From positions 60,886,001 through 60,950,000 of the forward strand of contig NC_087437.1 of assembly GCF_036321535.1 (NCBI RefSeq): 64,000 nucleotides of DNA, written 5' to 3'. Both the position numbers and the translations under genes were made by a program. The notes beneath the pieces are model-generated. The model was not told the origin of the DNA. It was given only the letters and a program-made list of their open reading frames with translations, and made no database searches. Source of the stretch: Camelus dromedarius (taxonomy: Eukaryota). Numbering within the stretch: the first letter of the stretch is position 1; each line of letters starts with the position of its first letter. Below, piece by piece: positions 40,249-53,964 of the stretch.

Positions 40249-40712
40249 TGTATTAGTTTCCTATGGCTGCCATGGCAAAATACCACACACTGGGTGGCTT
40301 AAGCAGCAGAAATTTATCTTCTCACCGTTCTAGAGGCCAGAAGTCCAAGTTCAAAGTGTGGGCAGAGCTGGTTCCCTCTGAGCTGTGAGGGAGGAATCTG
40401 GTCCATGCCCTCCTCTTCCCTAGCATCTGGCGGTTTTGCTGGCCATCTTTGACATTCTTTGGCTTTGCTGCATCATCCCATTCTCTGCCTTTATCTTCAT
40501 GTGGTGTTCTCCCTGGTGTGCACATGTCCAAATACCCCCTTTTTATATGGACACCAAACACATTGGATTAGAGGCCCGCCCTATCCCAGTATGATCTTAA
40601 CTAATTACACCTGCAACAACCCTAGCTCCAAATAAGGTTAACACTCTGAGGTATCTGGGGTTAGGACTTCAACATATGAATTTGGAGGGGGGACACCATT
40701 CAACCCATAACA
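40249..40712 (-). mobile_element. MLT1C-type solo LTR
   Basis: tgtattagtttcct...caacccataaca, 464 bp; 5-bp TSD ccag(g/a) at 40244-40248 and 40713-40717. Confidence 0.88.
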
Positions 40713-41183
40713 CCAGATTTTATTCTCTCCTGCAGCAATTTTCAATGATTATATCTGTTTTTTCAGAGGTAAAAAGTTTGAGTCTAAGATGTGACAAATC
40801 ACAGGTGCAGCTTCTTAACTGAATTAGCACTCAATTTCATGACCATCCTGATTCAGGAAGGATACCAGATCCACTGTCCCTGAAAGAATCCTAATATGAA
40901 CATTGATCTCTTTTAAATGACTTGCTCACTGAGGATGATAGAAGGGCCAACAGACAAGGTATTAGATGCCTTAGCTACTAGCCCTGGCTCTGTCAGTGAC
41001 TTGTTCTCGGTAGAAGGCTAGAGTTCTATATATGAATATATAACAAATTCTATATTATATATAATTATATAAATATAAAATTATACATTATATAGATTAT
41101 TTATGATAAATATATATAAAATAATTTTCTCCTCCTAGTCATAAAACAGAGATTTTTGCCTCCTGTCTCTTCAAGTCAGTCCT

Positions 41184-41486
41184 CAATGGTTATCTTCTAG
41201 TTCAGAGAATTACCCGGGAACTTTAAAAAAAACCAAACAACTGATGCCTGAGTGCATCCCCCATCCCATCTAATTTAATTTGCCCGGGCACCTTATCTTT
41301 TAAAAACTTTCCAGGTATGTATTATCTTGATTGTGATGGGTATATACCCATGTCAAAACTTATCAACGTGCACACTTGAAATAAGGGTAGCTTATTATAT
41401 GTCGATTATATCTCAATAAAGCTGTTTGAAAAATTAAAAGCTTCCCAGGTGATTCTAGTAGGCATCCCCAAATGAGAACTATTGAG
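41184..41486. mobile_element. MER5A-like hAT relic split by an L1 3' fragment
   Basis: agcttcccaggtgattct...atgagaactattg MER5-type end; L1 tail ~41315-41430. Confidence 0.6.
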
Positions 41487-42419
41487 CTGGGTCAACCTCC
41501 TCATTTAAGCACATAAGAAAACAGCCCTAAAAGGGAAGAAATCTGCCCAGGAATCATGTCGTGGCTAGCAGGACTGCCAGGATTTAGAGCTTGTGACTCC
41601 CAAACTATTACTCCAGTGTTCTTGCTTTAAAACCAAAATGACAGAACATTACTAACCTTCTCAAAAAAATTTTAAAGAGGCACTTGAAAAATATGAAGTA
41701 CTAGGATTGTTACAGAGATGCAGGGCATGAGAGTTAAAACAAAACCAAAACCCCCACCAGCCTTTACTTGGTAGAGTCACTCCTTAAAAGGGCAGTTGGT
41801 TGTCCTTTCAAGGTACTCCAGGCATACCCTCCCCTCACTCTGTCCACTGGGTTGTGGAGTCTAGTGAGGCTGAAGTGCTCCGGGCAATTTGGGTATGAAG
41901 TCTAATATATGTCGCTCTTTGGCCTGTTGAAGGGGGAGAGGAGTTATTGACTTCTTTCATTCCAACCTTAAGAATCCTTCCTTTCAAAAGTAAAGGTGAC
42001 CAAAAAGGGCACAGATAAATAAAAGAACTTTCAAACATTGGTTGGAAAACATAAATACATTAGGTTACACTAAAACAAAGAATCTGGCCTATTCCCATTA
42101 CAATATGCCTCTAACTAACCTAACTCTGGATATTAGTATTTTAATACATTATTTCAGGGAGCCTTTCTCAAGGGACCTCAAAACCATTCCCATTACTCAA
42201 TATCATCTTCCATTTCATTTATAGAGAAAAGGAAGGAGCAGAAAGACAATACGACTTACTAAGTATATACCACAGAACAGACAGACAGGACTTGACTTCC
42301 CTAATCTTTTTATATTTCCTTGTTTTAAAAGAGACAGAAATTAAAGATGTTAATGGTGACCTAAGGAAAATTCCTTAAATGATTCTTACTTCTTGAGTCA
42401 CTCACTCATCATGAAATCC

Positions 42420-42486
42420 TATATACACAAACTGAACAATGACAATCTTAAATCTGGAAGGGCTACTTCTTTTAACAAACTTTATT
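42420..42486 (-). terminator. Probable distal polyadenylation signal of FBXO45
   Basis: tttatt at 42481-42486 reads AATAAA on the minus strand; downstream minus-strand sequence ttgtcattgttcagtttgtgt is a typical GU-rich element. Confidence 0.65.
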
Positions 42487-45400
42487 CTGAACAGTAGAGA
42501 ACACGTTGCTCTAAACAATATTTTAGTGAATACATTAAATAAAAAGCAAACAGCTTGGGAGAGGATCCAGAAAAGAAATTAGAACAACAGATTGGTAAAG
42601 CTGTCCCTGGTATCTCTTTCCCACTAAACAAAAAGATAAATACAGAAAATTTATACCTACTTAATTTTCCTTTAGAAAATGAAAATCCTTTGTATAAATT
42701 TTAACATAGTAATGTATTAGGCAACTTTTAGCAACATGATCAATTGATTCTTCTAAGCTTTTGGATCACAGGAACCATTTGTTCAGCCATGCCTGCCTCT
42801 TATAACTCTTGGCAAACAACTGCATTATCAAACAACTGTTAGCTGGGGGTGGGCAATAGTGAAACAGGATCCCAGTGAATTGCTATTCCCTGTCCATGTT
42901 CCATTCTAAACATAGGAAATGTGGATTCTATTATTAAAATCCATGGAATTTATAGGTAAATTCCATCATCACATTTGGGTACTAAGGTACCCCTGTTTTT
43001 TCTTTCTGATCAATGTATTAAAAAATTCCTTGATTTAAATGTAAGCAATCACAGGTGGTTAATGTTTGTTTTAACTTTTTATTAAGAAACTAAAGCAAAA
43101 AAAGAATTTCAATAATTAATATACAGAGTTCTAATTTTAATTCTAAACAAATATGAAATCTACACCAAGAACTCAGTATTAAAGTTTACTACTATTTAAG
43201 AATAAAAGGGAATGGGTAAATGCATTCACAGCCATTATTTCTTCCTCACTAGCCTCAGATTTGCTTCACTTGGATAGAATACAAAGAGCATCTTTCTCAT
43301 CTATCTTTTGTCACTATAGTCTGTAACTTCAGAGAAGCGATTTTCTTCCTACAGCAAACATGCAAGCACCTGACTACTGGTTTTGATTAAGTGGGCATAA
43401 AGATGAGTCCATCAGAGATCCTTTCGCAAGATGTTTAGGAGAGATAAAGACATAAATATAAATAAATTTATACAAGGTATAAAGTAATACAGCATGAATT
43501 AAGTATAGGTAAAATATAAAAACAAGGAAATTTCAAGGAAGGAGAGATTACATCTGGCTAGAGGAACCGAGGAATGCTTTATGAGGATAGTATTTGGGTT
43601 GGGTATGGACTGTTCCTTCCAGGAAGGCTTCAAAGTGGTTCTGATTGTGGTGGTCTTGATTCCTAAAAAGTAATATCAATACTAATCTTTAAAACTCAAG
43701 TTTCTATCTCATCAAACTGTTCATTTTAAAAAATGATCAAAAAATATAAATATTATAGTCTATATAAACAGCAGTTTGGGGACATAAATGAAAGTTTAAT
43801 TATAACACTTCCTATACGGGTTAGGGCTCTGTTATTTTCAAAATTCTCTTTCCCAGGTCAAATCATATCTAAAAGGCAAAAGATGCCTAATCATGGAACC
43901 ATAGCTTTAAGTATTCAACTGAGCAACACCTACTTGCTTTAGGTACCTTAACAAATCTATATCTAGACTTAGAGGAATAAGAATGAAGAAGATGAAATAA
44001 ATGGTTTAACATTCAAGAGTCAGGTAATGAAAAAATAATGACAACTAAGAAATGATATATATTAAACACAGAATTCTTTGTATGAAAAGGTTTAATGAAT
44101 TGTGAGCCATTGACCAATACAGACTTTAAGCCTTAATATTTCTTCTTTCCTATGTAAAACCGGGTAATTCAACCAGCCTATCAAGTTTGACAGAAGACCG
44201 TAGTATGAATAAGAGTAATAGTAATGTTTTCTTACCCATCTGCATGCTTCACTAAAGTTAAGAACCAAAGAGTGTCCCTGGTTTTCCAAGTCAACAAAGC
44301 AAATTCAATCACACATTTTTCCTGATCATAGTTTCAGTTGAAATACAACAAATACAACTTTGCCTTTCAATAGCACTTTTTGTCCATAGCACGAGCACTT
44401 TCCCATTATTTTCTTCTTTACCCTCAATATCCTTGTGAGGTAGTAAAGGGAGGGAACAAGGAAATTTTTTTTTTTCAGGTGAGAATACTTAGGCAGAATT
44501 TAGATGAGTGGTTCTCAATCTTAGCAGCATGTTGAAATCACTTAAGTTTTTAAAAAATCCTCATGGCCATGTTATATCCTAGATAAACATCAGAATCTTA
44601 GTGTAGGGAACCCAAGCATCAATATTTTTCAAAACATATATGACTCCAAAGCACAGCTAAGGTTGAGAACCATTGGTTTAGATGATTAATATTCAATCTT
44701 CAGATGCAACAGTCTTCCACCTAAATGCTGTTTCAGCACCAATGAAAAAGAGATTCCACTTCCTCAAACACTGTAACAGTTTGTCTTAGTATTCTGTACA
44801 GCTGCTATTGGTCTCCAGGAACAAGATAATTTACCAGTTATAAATGAAGGCTCTTTATTCCCCTGATACTCATGCAAAACATGAACCTCCATTTTATAAA
44901 ATTTGCAAATGGGATATTAGAAAATTTAAACCTTTGAGATAAGAATGGCTTGTTGTTAAACATTTAGGCAATTATTTGATTCTAGGTTCAATATGCAATA
45001 ACCATGTGTTTCTGTTTTCCATTCAGCACCTTCAAAAGTTTGTTGCAAATGAATGTTTACTAAGATAAAACAGAAGATATAAACAAAACTCTCAGCAAAA
45101 GCTCTTGGAATTGGCCGTATCACAATCTGAAAAAGAAACAAGTACTTAAAAGACCTTACAGTTCTAACTAGTTGAATCTTTATCCTGAGCCAGATCTCTT
45201 CTTTAATTAAATTTTAAACTTTGCCAAATCAAGTTGTTCTACATCAAAAAAAAAAAAATTCTGTAGCAGCTATATTCTCTAATACATTAAACATATAACT
45301 TTACTCTGTAGTATTAAATATGGTTTCTAGGTTTCTTCTTGATGTCAATATCAAAAAAAAAAAAATGATCTTTAACAGATTTCACCTTTAAGCAACATAC

Positions 45401-47112
45401 CAAATCTACAACAAATACTTGTAAACACTTCAGGTGACAAAAATAAAATCTTTGTTCATGACTGAAATCCCTTGCTTCGTAGGAGTATTGATAATATTAA
45501 CTCTCAGGGAGCTACCTAAGAATCCCAGCCAGCTGCTTGCTGTCCCTAATTTTATTAGATTCAAGACAAAATATGCATACAGCAAAACCTAAAAAGTACA
45601 AAGATTCCACTTGCCTTAGTCAATTCTTACCACAAAGATGTATCTGAAACCATACAATCTATACTTTCATACAGAAAGATGTTTGTTTCCTTTCTAACAA
45701 AAGAAAACCTCAGCTCATGTATGTTGAATTATTAATTTGAAATAGTATTAGTGAAATCAGATGTATAGTAAAAAATTCTGAAAAGGAATTAATGTTAAAC
45801 TCTTCTACAATGAAACCTTCAAAATATTGCCAACCTGAAGTTTCCAGCATAAGGTGTTTTATTTCAAGTCCCATGGGGGCAATTATCTATAATAAGATTA
45901 AGAACATTCTTAAGCTGGGTTCAGGTTGGCACTGTTTCACGTGGGTGAGTAAACATTTTCTTGATAACCCCAATGAAGAGTTTGAGGCTTAGATTGTTGC
46001 ATGATGTAAACAATATGAAATTAATAAAATTATAATATCCACAGAATTATAAAGTTACAAAATAAAAGAACCATTGATCAATTATTTTCTTAAGGTATGT
46101 GACTAACAGCTTTCATATTTGACAGCTATAAGAACAAATGGCAATGTTCTGTGTTCTTATGACACCCTTTCTCAGAAGGTCAAAAAATAAAACCAGATAC
46201 TATAAGATGCATATTATTATTATTATTATTACTGATATATGTATGATTAGAAATAGATTTGCCTTCCCTCAATCTTAGCCAGGAGACTGAGTGATCTTTA
46301 CAATAATTTTGATGGTTAAAAAAATAAACCAGACTGTAATAGCCATGGAAACTGTAAGCCAAATATAATACAAAATGAGCCAATACAACACATCTCCTCT
46401 TAAAATTCTCTTCTTTGTAGTTACCAAACTGTCCCTAAATGTTATTCTAATTTTGTACCATGTAGTGGTTTTAAAGAAATTGAACTAGAACAAAGCAACT
46501 CCTTTGTCCTATACTTTTTTTTTACAGTTTTTTTTTACACACAATAGTAATATACAACTTTTAAAATAGCTGCACAATTTTATATCTCACTGTTAGAGAA
46601 GTGCAGTCCAGGCAGACCATGCTTCTCAATATATTAAAAATATTAAATAAAATCCAACCAGTTTCATACTTTTCTAATAGTCAAGCTGGTTGGAAAAAAG
46701 GGTCTGGAGAAAAAACAGGCAGTTGTAAAATAGGATCAGTCTTTCTTCACAAACACACTACTTAAAACTCTTGCTATTTTCCTTATCTTATCCCTTTTCT
46801 AAGCTCTCACAATCTCTAAGCTCTCGCCTTAAAAGTTGGAAATAACACATTGCAATAACTTAGAGACAAAATCTGTTACAACATGCATATGTCAACTGCC
46901 CACTCAACCAACTGCAACCCTGAGGATTTTTCTGGCCCAGTAGAAAGAGGAAACACTAAGATAATCTCTGCTGTAGAGTTGCTTCTCCAGTTAACAACAT
47001 CATGTGTTTTTCAGGATGTTTCTTGGGCATGCATGTATGACACTGTCACTTCAAGATTCTACTTTCCATAAGCAGGTATCTCCTCCACTCTTTCATCCCA
47101 AGAAAGCCACTG
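42460..47112 (-). other. FBXO45: FBXO45 long AT-rich 3'UTR (end approximate)
   Basis: Repeat-poor AT-rich sequence continuous from the stop codon to a minus-strand AATAAA (42486-42481) followed by a GU/U-rich tract. The end point is inferred. Confidence 0.7.
44505..44675. mobile_element. MER5A-like relic next to a MIR inside the FBXO45 3'UTR
   Basis: Inverted termini agtggttctcaa / ttgagaaccatt. Confidence 0.75.
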
Positions 47113-47298
47113 TCATCCATCTAAAGGTTTTCCAAGGTAAACCAAAGTCACTTCTGTGTTGCCATATACAGCAGAAACTGCTGGATATAAGCAGACCTTT
47201 GGAAGTCCTCTAAAGGCAACCCCCAGGAACTCATATCCACGTTCAAAAGCTAAAGTCTTATCTTCCATGTCCAAGATGACTCGAATTCTTTCTCCTAT
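47113..47298 (-). CDS. FBXO45: FBXO45 terminal exon 3, coding part (61 aa + TGA)
   Basis: [61 protein letters not shown]. Acceptor tttgcag|ATA at 47299/47298; joins exon 2 in frame. Confidence 0.98.
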   Translation of the reverse strand: MGERIRVILDMEDKTLAFERGYEFLGVAFRGLPKVCLYPAVSAVYGNTEVTLVYLGKPLDG

Positions 47299-47396
47299 CT
47301 GCAAACAGACATCAAAAGAAGGTTAGAAGAAAACTCACCAAAGGCATAGCTAGAAGAAATCAATAAGCTGAAAATATTATTAAGAATATATATCTT

Positions 47397-47506
47397 GGGG
47401 TGGAGGGTATAGCTCAAGCAGTACAGTGCATGTTAGCATGCATGAGGTCCTGCGTTCAATCCCCAGTACCTCCACCAAAAAATAATAATAAATAAATAAA
47501 TTTAAA
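47397..47506 (+). mobile_element. tRNA-derived SINE (camelid vic-1-like) in FBXO45 intron 2
   Basis: gggtatagctcaagcagta...gcgttcaatcccc A/B boxes, (taaa)n tail; 14-bp TSD aaga(a/g)tatatatct (47382-47395, 47507-47520). Confidence 0.9.
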
Positions 47507-47794
47507 AAGAGTATATATCTCAAAAGTTATCTAGAAAAACCAAAAGTTTTTCGGTCAGGGAGAAACACCTAGAAAAAGAACATACATCAATTTCACCACA
47601 TACGTTTGGTATTTTTTTTTCAACTTAAGACTTGTGTGGGATCCATATTTAATACTAAAAATGTAAATATTCCTCCAGAACAGTTCCCAGATTTTATTTA
47701 CTCTTTAAAGGCTTTTCTTAAGAAATTTACCACCAAAATCTAAAACTTGTTATATTTTACCAAAAAAGGCTACCTAAATTTTCTCACATTACTA

Positions 47795-48185
47795 CAGTAC
47801 ATATGTACAATGGAATGTTATTCAACCTTAAAAAGAAATGAAATTTCAAAATGTGCTACGACATGAATGGTCCTTGAAAACATTATGCTAAAAGAAATAA
47901 GCCACACACAAAAATACAATTATTATATGATTCCACTTATATCAAGCACCTGGAATATAGACAGAAAATTGAATAGCAGTTACCAGAGGCTGGGGGTAGG
48001 GAGAAATGTAGAGTTATTGTTCAGTGGGCACAGAGTTTATGCTGGGAATGATGAAAAACTTTTGGTATATACAATGGTGATGATTACACAACATTGTGAA
48101 TTTATTTAATGCCACTGAATTATACACTTACAAATAGTTAAAATAATAAATATTGTTGTGTATATTTTACAACAATAAAAAAATT
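47795..48185 (+). mobile_element. Old L1M 3'UTR fragment
   Basis: ccttgaaaacattatgctaaaagaaataagcc...aataaaa. Confidence 0.85.
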
Positions 48186-48879
48186 ACTATAATAAAATTT
48201 ACATAGCCTTTAAAGTTTACAAAGCAGTTCTACAAATAATGTGGAACTTATATAATCATGAATAGCCAAATCTGACTATAGATTCTAAAGATGCAGAATA
48301 GGCTTATTAAACAAGCACTTTGTGGTCCACTACTCTGAAACACCTGTTTGTTATAAAAACAGCAGCATTGATTGTTAAACTAAACTTAAGAAACACAATT
48401 ATCCAGTTCTTCCATTCGGAAAAATAAGCAAAGATATAGGGTGTTTTATCCTTATACTTTGTATATACTAGAGATTGTTGCATCTATATACTTGGAGGCA
48501 GGAAGTCCTAACTTTGTAATAACAAAATCATAATTTCATACTTCCCAATAATGATACCCCCTGCTGCTATCATTACTTTCCTTCATTGTATTTCCTATCA
48601 GAACTAACTACCAACATCTACTTTTTCCCTCTCTCCACCCAAATCACAGATTAACCCCATTCTATGGACCTAAGAACCTCCAAATCATCATCATCACTCC
48701 TATTACCAACAAAACATGGACAACAGAGATTAGACATAAAAAGCTAATAGTCTGGTATTTGTTTAGTGATTTGTATTATCTCGTTTAATTTTCTCATCAA
48801 TCCTAGGAGCTATCCCTATTTTACAGAATATAAACATAAGAAAACAGAACCATTCCAGGTGAAATTTGCAAGTTTGCTT

Positions 48880-50420
48880 CACCTTTGACTAGGACACAGC
48901 AGACGTATACACACAGCACAGAGAGCAGAAAGGCAAAGTCTTACAGCTTTAGGTCAGAGGACAAAATGCAGAGACAGTAGAGAAACTGGAAACTTAGAGG
49001 AGGAACTCCAGAAGCAACAAAACCACAAAGAGGGTAAGTTACCAAGTCTGAGAATAAACTCTGCCCAAATCCTTGTGTGACCACTGTATTTACACAGGCA
49101 CAGGGGAAACCCCCAGGGAAGCAGGCAGAAAAAGCAGCAGCTAGAAGCCAAAAAAACTGAACAAAGACATTAGCTGTGCATACTGTGGGGGAGACAGTTT
49201 ACCGTTCCAGTCCAGACAAGTTAACTGCTTACTAGAACATAAAAAACTACCCTCTTCAGAAAAACAAAGCAGCTTCTAAAAGAACAAAACATTCCAAAGT
49301 TACTACCATATATTATCCACATGTCCAATTTTCAATTAAAAAATTACTGGGTATGAAAAGAAACAAGTAAGTGCAACTGATACTCATGGGGAAAAAAGCA
49401 GTAGAAACAGACTCCAAGTGGGCCCTAGATGTTGGATTTGGCAAAGATTTCAAAGTAGTTATTATAAAATATATATAAAGAATTAAAGAAAAATATAGTA
49501 CTAATAAATGAACAAACAGAGATCTCAATAGAGAAATGGAAACTATAAAAAAGAGCCAAATGAAAATTTTAGAGTTGAGGAGCACAGTAACCAAAACTCA
49601 TTAGCCTGGCTCAATAGCAGAGCTGAAGTGACAAGAAGAAAAAAACATCTATGAACTTGAAGACAGAGTAACAGAAATTAACCCATCCAAAAAGCAGAGA
49701 GAAGAAAGCACAGCTTCAGAGACACAGAGACAAGGACAATGTCCCACAGAGATAAGGACAATGTCCTTGTCCAACAATTACATTAAATATAAATGGACTA
49801 AAGACTCAAATCAAAAGGCAAAGATTTTAAGACTGGGTTAGATAAAAAGCAAGATCTAATTATATGCCATCTGGGAGACTCAATTTAAATACAAAGATAA
49901 ATTAAAAGTAAAAGGATGAGGGAAAAGAGATACTTTGAAATAGTAATCATAAGAAAGCTGGATTGGCTATATTGATATCAGACAAAATAGATGCAAAGAC
50001 AAGGAATATTACTAGTCAAAGAAGGTCATTTCATAACGATAAAAGAGTTAACCAGGTAGGCAGACATAACAATTACAAATGTATATACACCTAATTACAG
50101 AGTTCCAAAACACATGAAGCAAAAACAGACAGAACTGAAAGAAGAGATAGATAAATTAGCAATTATTATTGAAGATTTCAATACTCCTCTTGGTAAATGA
50201 TAGAACAGGTATAAAGAAAATACAGAAATCATATAGAAGACTTGAGACTACCAAGTTGACCTAATTGCCCTTTATAGTTTATTCTATCCAACAACAGAAT
50301 ATACATTCAAAGACGCGTGGGACACTCATCAAGATAAACCATATGCTGGATATAAAACATGTGTCAGTAAATTTAAAAGGACTGAAATCATACAGTATGT
50401 TCTCTAAAAAACAAAGAATA
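48880..50420 (+). mobile_element. Ancient L1 5'/ORF1/endonuclease fragments
   Basis: Decayed EN motifs (ttaaatataaatggacta, atatcagacaaaataga, gaagatttcaatactcc). Confidence 0.8.
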
Positions 50421-51029
50421 AAGGATTTTCACCACAAAATCATTACAAGGCTAGTCACAGGATTTTATCTTCAGTGATTCTTAAGTCCAGACACCTGCTC
50501 CTTAGGTATTTGCAGAGTCTGAAAGGACCGTAAGGAAAGGATTCTCTGAAAGAAAACACTTCCAGGCTTTTATACCTCAGGAAATGGGATATATTTTTAG
50601 TTCTTCTACTTTATTATGCCTGACTTGAGGTCATAACCAAGGCTAGAGCTTTCAAACCACATGTTCCTCTGAAATGTGCGATCTATAATTTCTTAAAATT
50701 TCCAATTTCTTACCAGGTTATTGTGTTTTAGATTCTGCTTAATCTATGGTAATCATGTAGCTTTTACAAATAAGAACTATAATTTTAACCCTAGAATCAA
50801 GTGAGTATGGCTTAAGGTGAAGATGAAAAGAATTTTAAAATGCAGTAGTTTGCCTGAACTCGCCTGTCCTTAAAGAAATCACTAACACCTCCAGTGGCTT
50901 TGAATCCAATCCACAGATTAATGAGTATCAGAGAGTGAATGTGTATGTACATGCACATAAGTGCATTTGTGGGGGTGAGGTATCTAGAAGTAGATTTAGA
51001 TATGCCACAGTATAAGAAAGATGACAATC

Positions 51030-51256
51030 CAGAGCGTAAGTTGGCAAACTATGGCTCCTGGGCCTAATCTGGCTTAAGGTCTATAAATAAGGTTTATATT
51101 TAAGGTTTATACAAGGTCTATGTTCACTCATTTACATAATATATGGCTGCTTTTGTGTGATAACAACGAAGTTGAGTAGTTGTGAGAAACAGTATGGACC
51201 ACAAAGTCTAAAATATTTACTATCTGGCTCTATAGAGAAAAAGTTAGCCAACCCGA
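51030..51256 (+). mobile_element. MER58A-like hAT-Charlie relic
   Basis: gttggcaaactatggc...aaaatatttactatctggc...aagttagccaaccc. Confidence 0.8.
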
Positions 51257-53063
51257 TTTAGAGTTAAGATGACTGCTCAAATTGAGTATGTATTAGGAAA
51301 CAAATACTGAGATACTAAAAGATTATTATCAGAGTATCCAAAAAAGCCCAATTACATTATTTATTTAAAAGTTACCAGGAGACGGAGAAGATGGTGGAGT
51401 AGAAGGACGCTCGCAGGTCACCCTCTCCCACAAATACACCAAGACCCACATCTACAGACCCACTCAGCCAACCAGAGCACCTGCGGAACTCCGACAGAAC
51501 ATCGCCCTCTTCAAAAGATAAAGACGCCAAAAATCTGGTAGGAGAAAAGGAAAAAAAGAAAGAACAAAAGGCAAAGCAGCGCGGGACGGGTCCCGCGGGG
51601 AGGGAGCGGCAAAGGAGGACTGACGCTCGCTCGCTGGGTCTCCCCTCTCCAACTGAGAGGCCAGCGGGACGGAGGGGGAGCCTCCGAGGCTCGGATCTGT
51701 ACAGAGCAGCCCTTGACTAACAGAACTAAGTTAAACGGGCACAGAGCGTCCCCCCAACACCCAGCCTGAGACAGGCCGGCAGCGGCGGGCAGGGCCAGGC
51801 TGCACAAGCCGGGCGGAGGACGGGGGCGGCTGCACAGAGGCAGCCCTGGGGGACTGCAAGGGGCTGCGTGCTGTGGCTGTGGGTGCACAGGGCAGAACAA
51901 CCTGGGCCCTCCATAAAACAGCAAGGTTGATGTGCTCTCGGGGGAAGGGTGCACACCCCCACCTCTGAAAACCCGCGGAAAGTTTTCGGGGGAAGAGAGG
52001 CGGGGCTCAGGCACAGCCGCCATATCCTCCGCGCTGAGCACCCAGGCGGGGGCGGGGCGAAACCTGCATCCGCACGGAAGGGCTTAGCAGCCTCAAAGGC
52101 CAGACTGAGACCGGCCTGCAGCCCGGGGCAGATAGGATGCTTCCATCCTGGTCCCTCAGAGAACTTGCTCCACAAAGACAAACAAGGAGCTGGGTTTTGG
52201 CTCGGAGCAGGGACAGGGCTGTTCCTCGGTCTTCCCCGAGCCCACCTGCGGAGCACCGACCAGGGCGGAGCGCCGACCAGGGCAGAGCGCTCAGCCGCAC
52301 AGAGAGCGGAGCTACCAGCGGCGCAGGTAGAGGGAGAGCGGCCCCCCCGCCTTTCGGGCAGGAACACAGCCCCTGACCGAGTTGCTGGGAGGGGGCACAA
52401 CCCGCCCTTCTACCTGGCCAGTCTGCAACATCTGACTGCGGCATCCGGAGGGGCAGCGACCCGCCCGCCCACAGCAGAGAGCTGCACCTGACCCAGTGTT
52501 AGGAGGAGGCGCGATCTGCTTGCCGACAGGTGCTGGGAGCAGCACAGAAGAGGGCGCCAACGGAGGGCCTCTGAAAACATCAAGCTGAGCTTCCAAAACA
52601 GGACGAAGACAGAAAGACTTCACATTAAAAACACAGACTCCAGGAGAACACCGACAAACCCTCCCCCCACCCTTTTTTTTTAATCTGTTTTTACCTGTTC
52701 TATTTTCTATTACTCTCTTAATTTTTACTTCTTAATTCATTTCTATTTCTCTTGGGTTTTGATGTCCTGCTATTGATTAGACACAGGTTTCAAATACATG
52801 TATTCATCTCCCCCCCCCTTTTTTTGTAAAGGTTTTAAAAGGACGTCTCAAGCCGATTAATACTCTGCTTCAACTCACTCTTCTATTATTCATTATACAC
52901 TGTTTTCAAACCCTCTTTCTCCCTTCTTTTAAAATTCTTTCTCTCTCTCTCATTTTTTTCCTTTCTTTCCTAAGTTCTATTCCTAAATAGGCATTAGATA
53001 GATAAAATCCTTAAGGACCAAAATAAACAACTGATACTCCATAAACCACAGTGCCAAAGAGGT

Positions 53064-53964
53064 ATGAGCAAGATGAAGAAGCAGAAAAACCTTTCCCAAT
53101 TAAAAGAACAAGAGAAATCCCCTGAAAGAAAGATCAACGACATAGACATCGATAGCCTACTAGATCAAGATTTCAAAAAAGGAGTGATCGAATTGCTGAA
53201 GGAATTAAAAGAGATAGTGTTTAGAGATATAAAATATGTCAAAAATGAAATTGAAGCTATAAAGAAGAACCAAGTAGAATGGTTAAACTCATTGACAGAG
53301 ATGAGGAATGATCTAATAGCTGTGCAAAGCCGACTAGATAATGCAGAGGAACAAATTAGTGATCTAGAAGACAGGGCAATAGAAAGCACCCATTCAGAAG
53401 AACTACAAGATAAGCAAATAAAAAATAATGAAAATAGCATAAGGGACCTATGGGATAATATAAAGCGTCCCAATCTTCGCATAATAGGGGTCCCAGAAGG
53501 AGAAGAAAGATCAAAGGGGATTGAAAAGGTTTTTGAAGAAATCATGACTGAAAACTTCCCAAACTTAAAGAAGGAATCAGATATCCAAGTACAGGAAGCT
53601 CAGAGGGTCCCAAACAGGAAGAACCCAAATAGACCCACATCAAGATATCATAATCAAGATGGCCAGAGTCAAGGATAAAGAAATGATTCTAAAGGCAGCA
53701 AGAGAAAAGCAAAGAGTAAGTTACAAGGGAACCCCCATAAGGCTCTCAGCTGATTTCTCTACACAAACACTACAGGCCAGAAGGGAGTGGCAAGATATAT
53801 TCAAAGCCCTGAATGAAAAAAAGATGCAGCCTAGGATCCTTTATCCAGCAAGGCTATCCTTGAGGATAGAAGGAGAAATAAAGAGTTTCACAGACAAAAA
53901 AAAGCTGCAGGAGTTTAGCAACACTAAACCCATGCTAAAAGAAATATTGAAAGGGCTATTCTAA
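53064..53964 (+). pseudogene. L1 ORF1p (coiled coil, RRM, CTD) with one frameshift near 53645
   Basis: MSKMKKQKN...RPNLRIIGVPEGEE...RPTSR, then a frame change to (IIIK)MARVKDKEMILKAAREKQ...YPARLS...ILKGLF*; consistent with a 2-nt deletion. Confidence 0.95.

Noticed and set aside
51464..52623. Several 60-224 aa overlapping ORFs in the L1 5'UTR (possible ORF0 analogue)
   Set aside because: Expected in GC-rich DNA; no recognisable domain; the 51652 ORF starts at TTG; no strong antisense splice donor was found.
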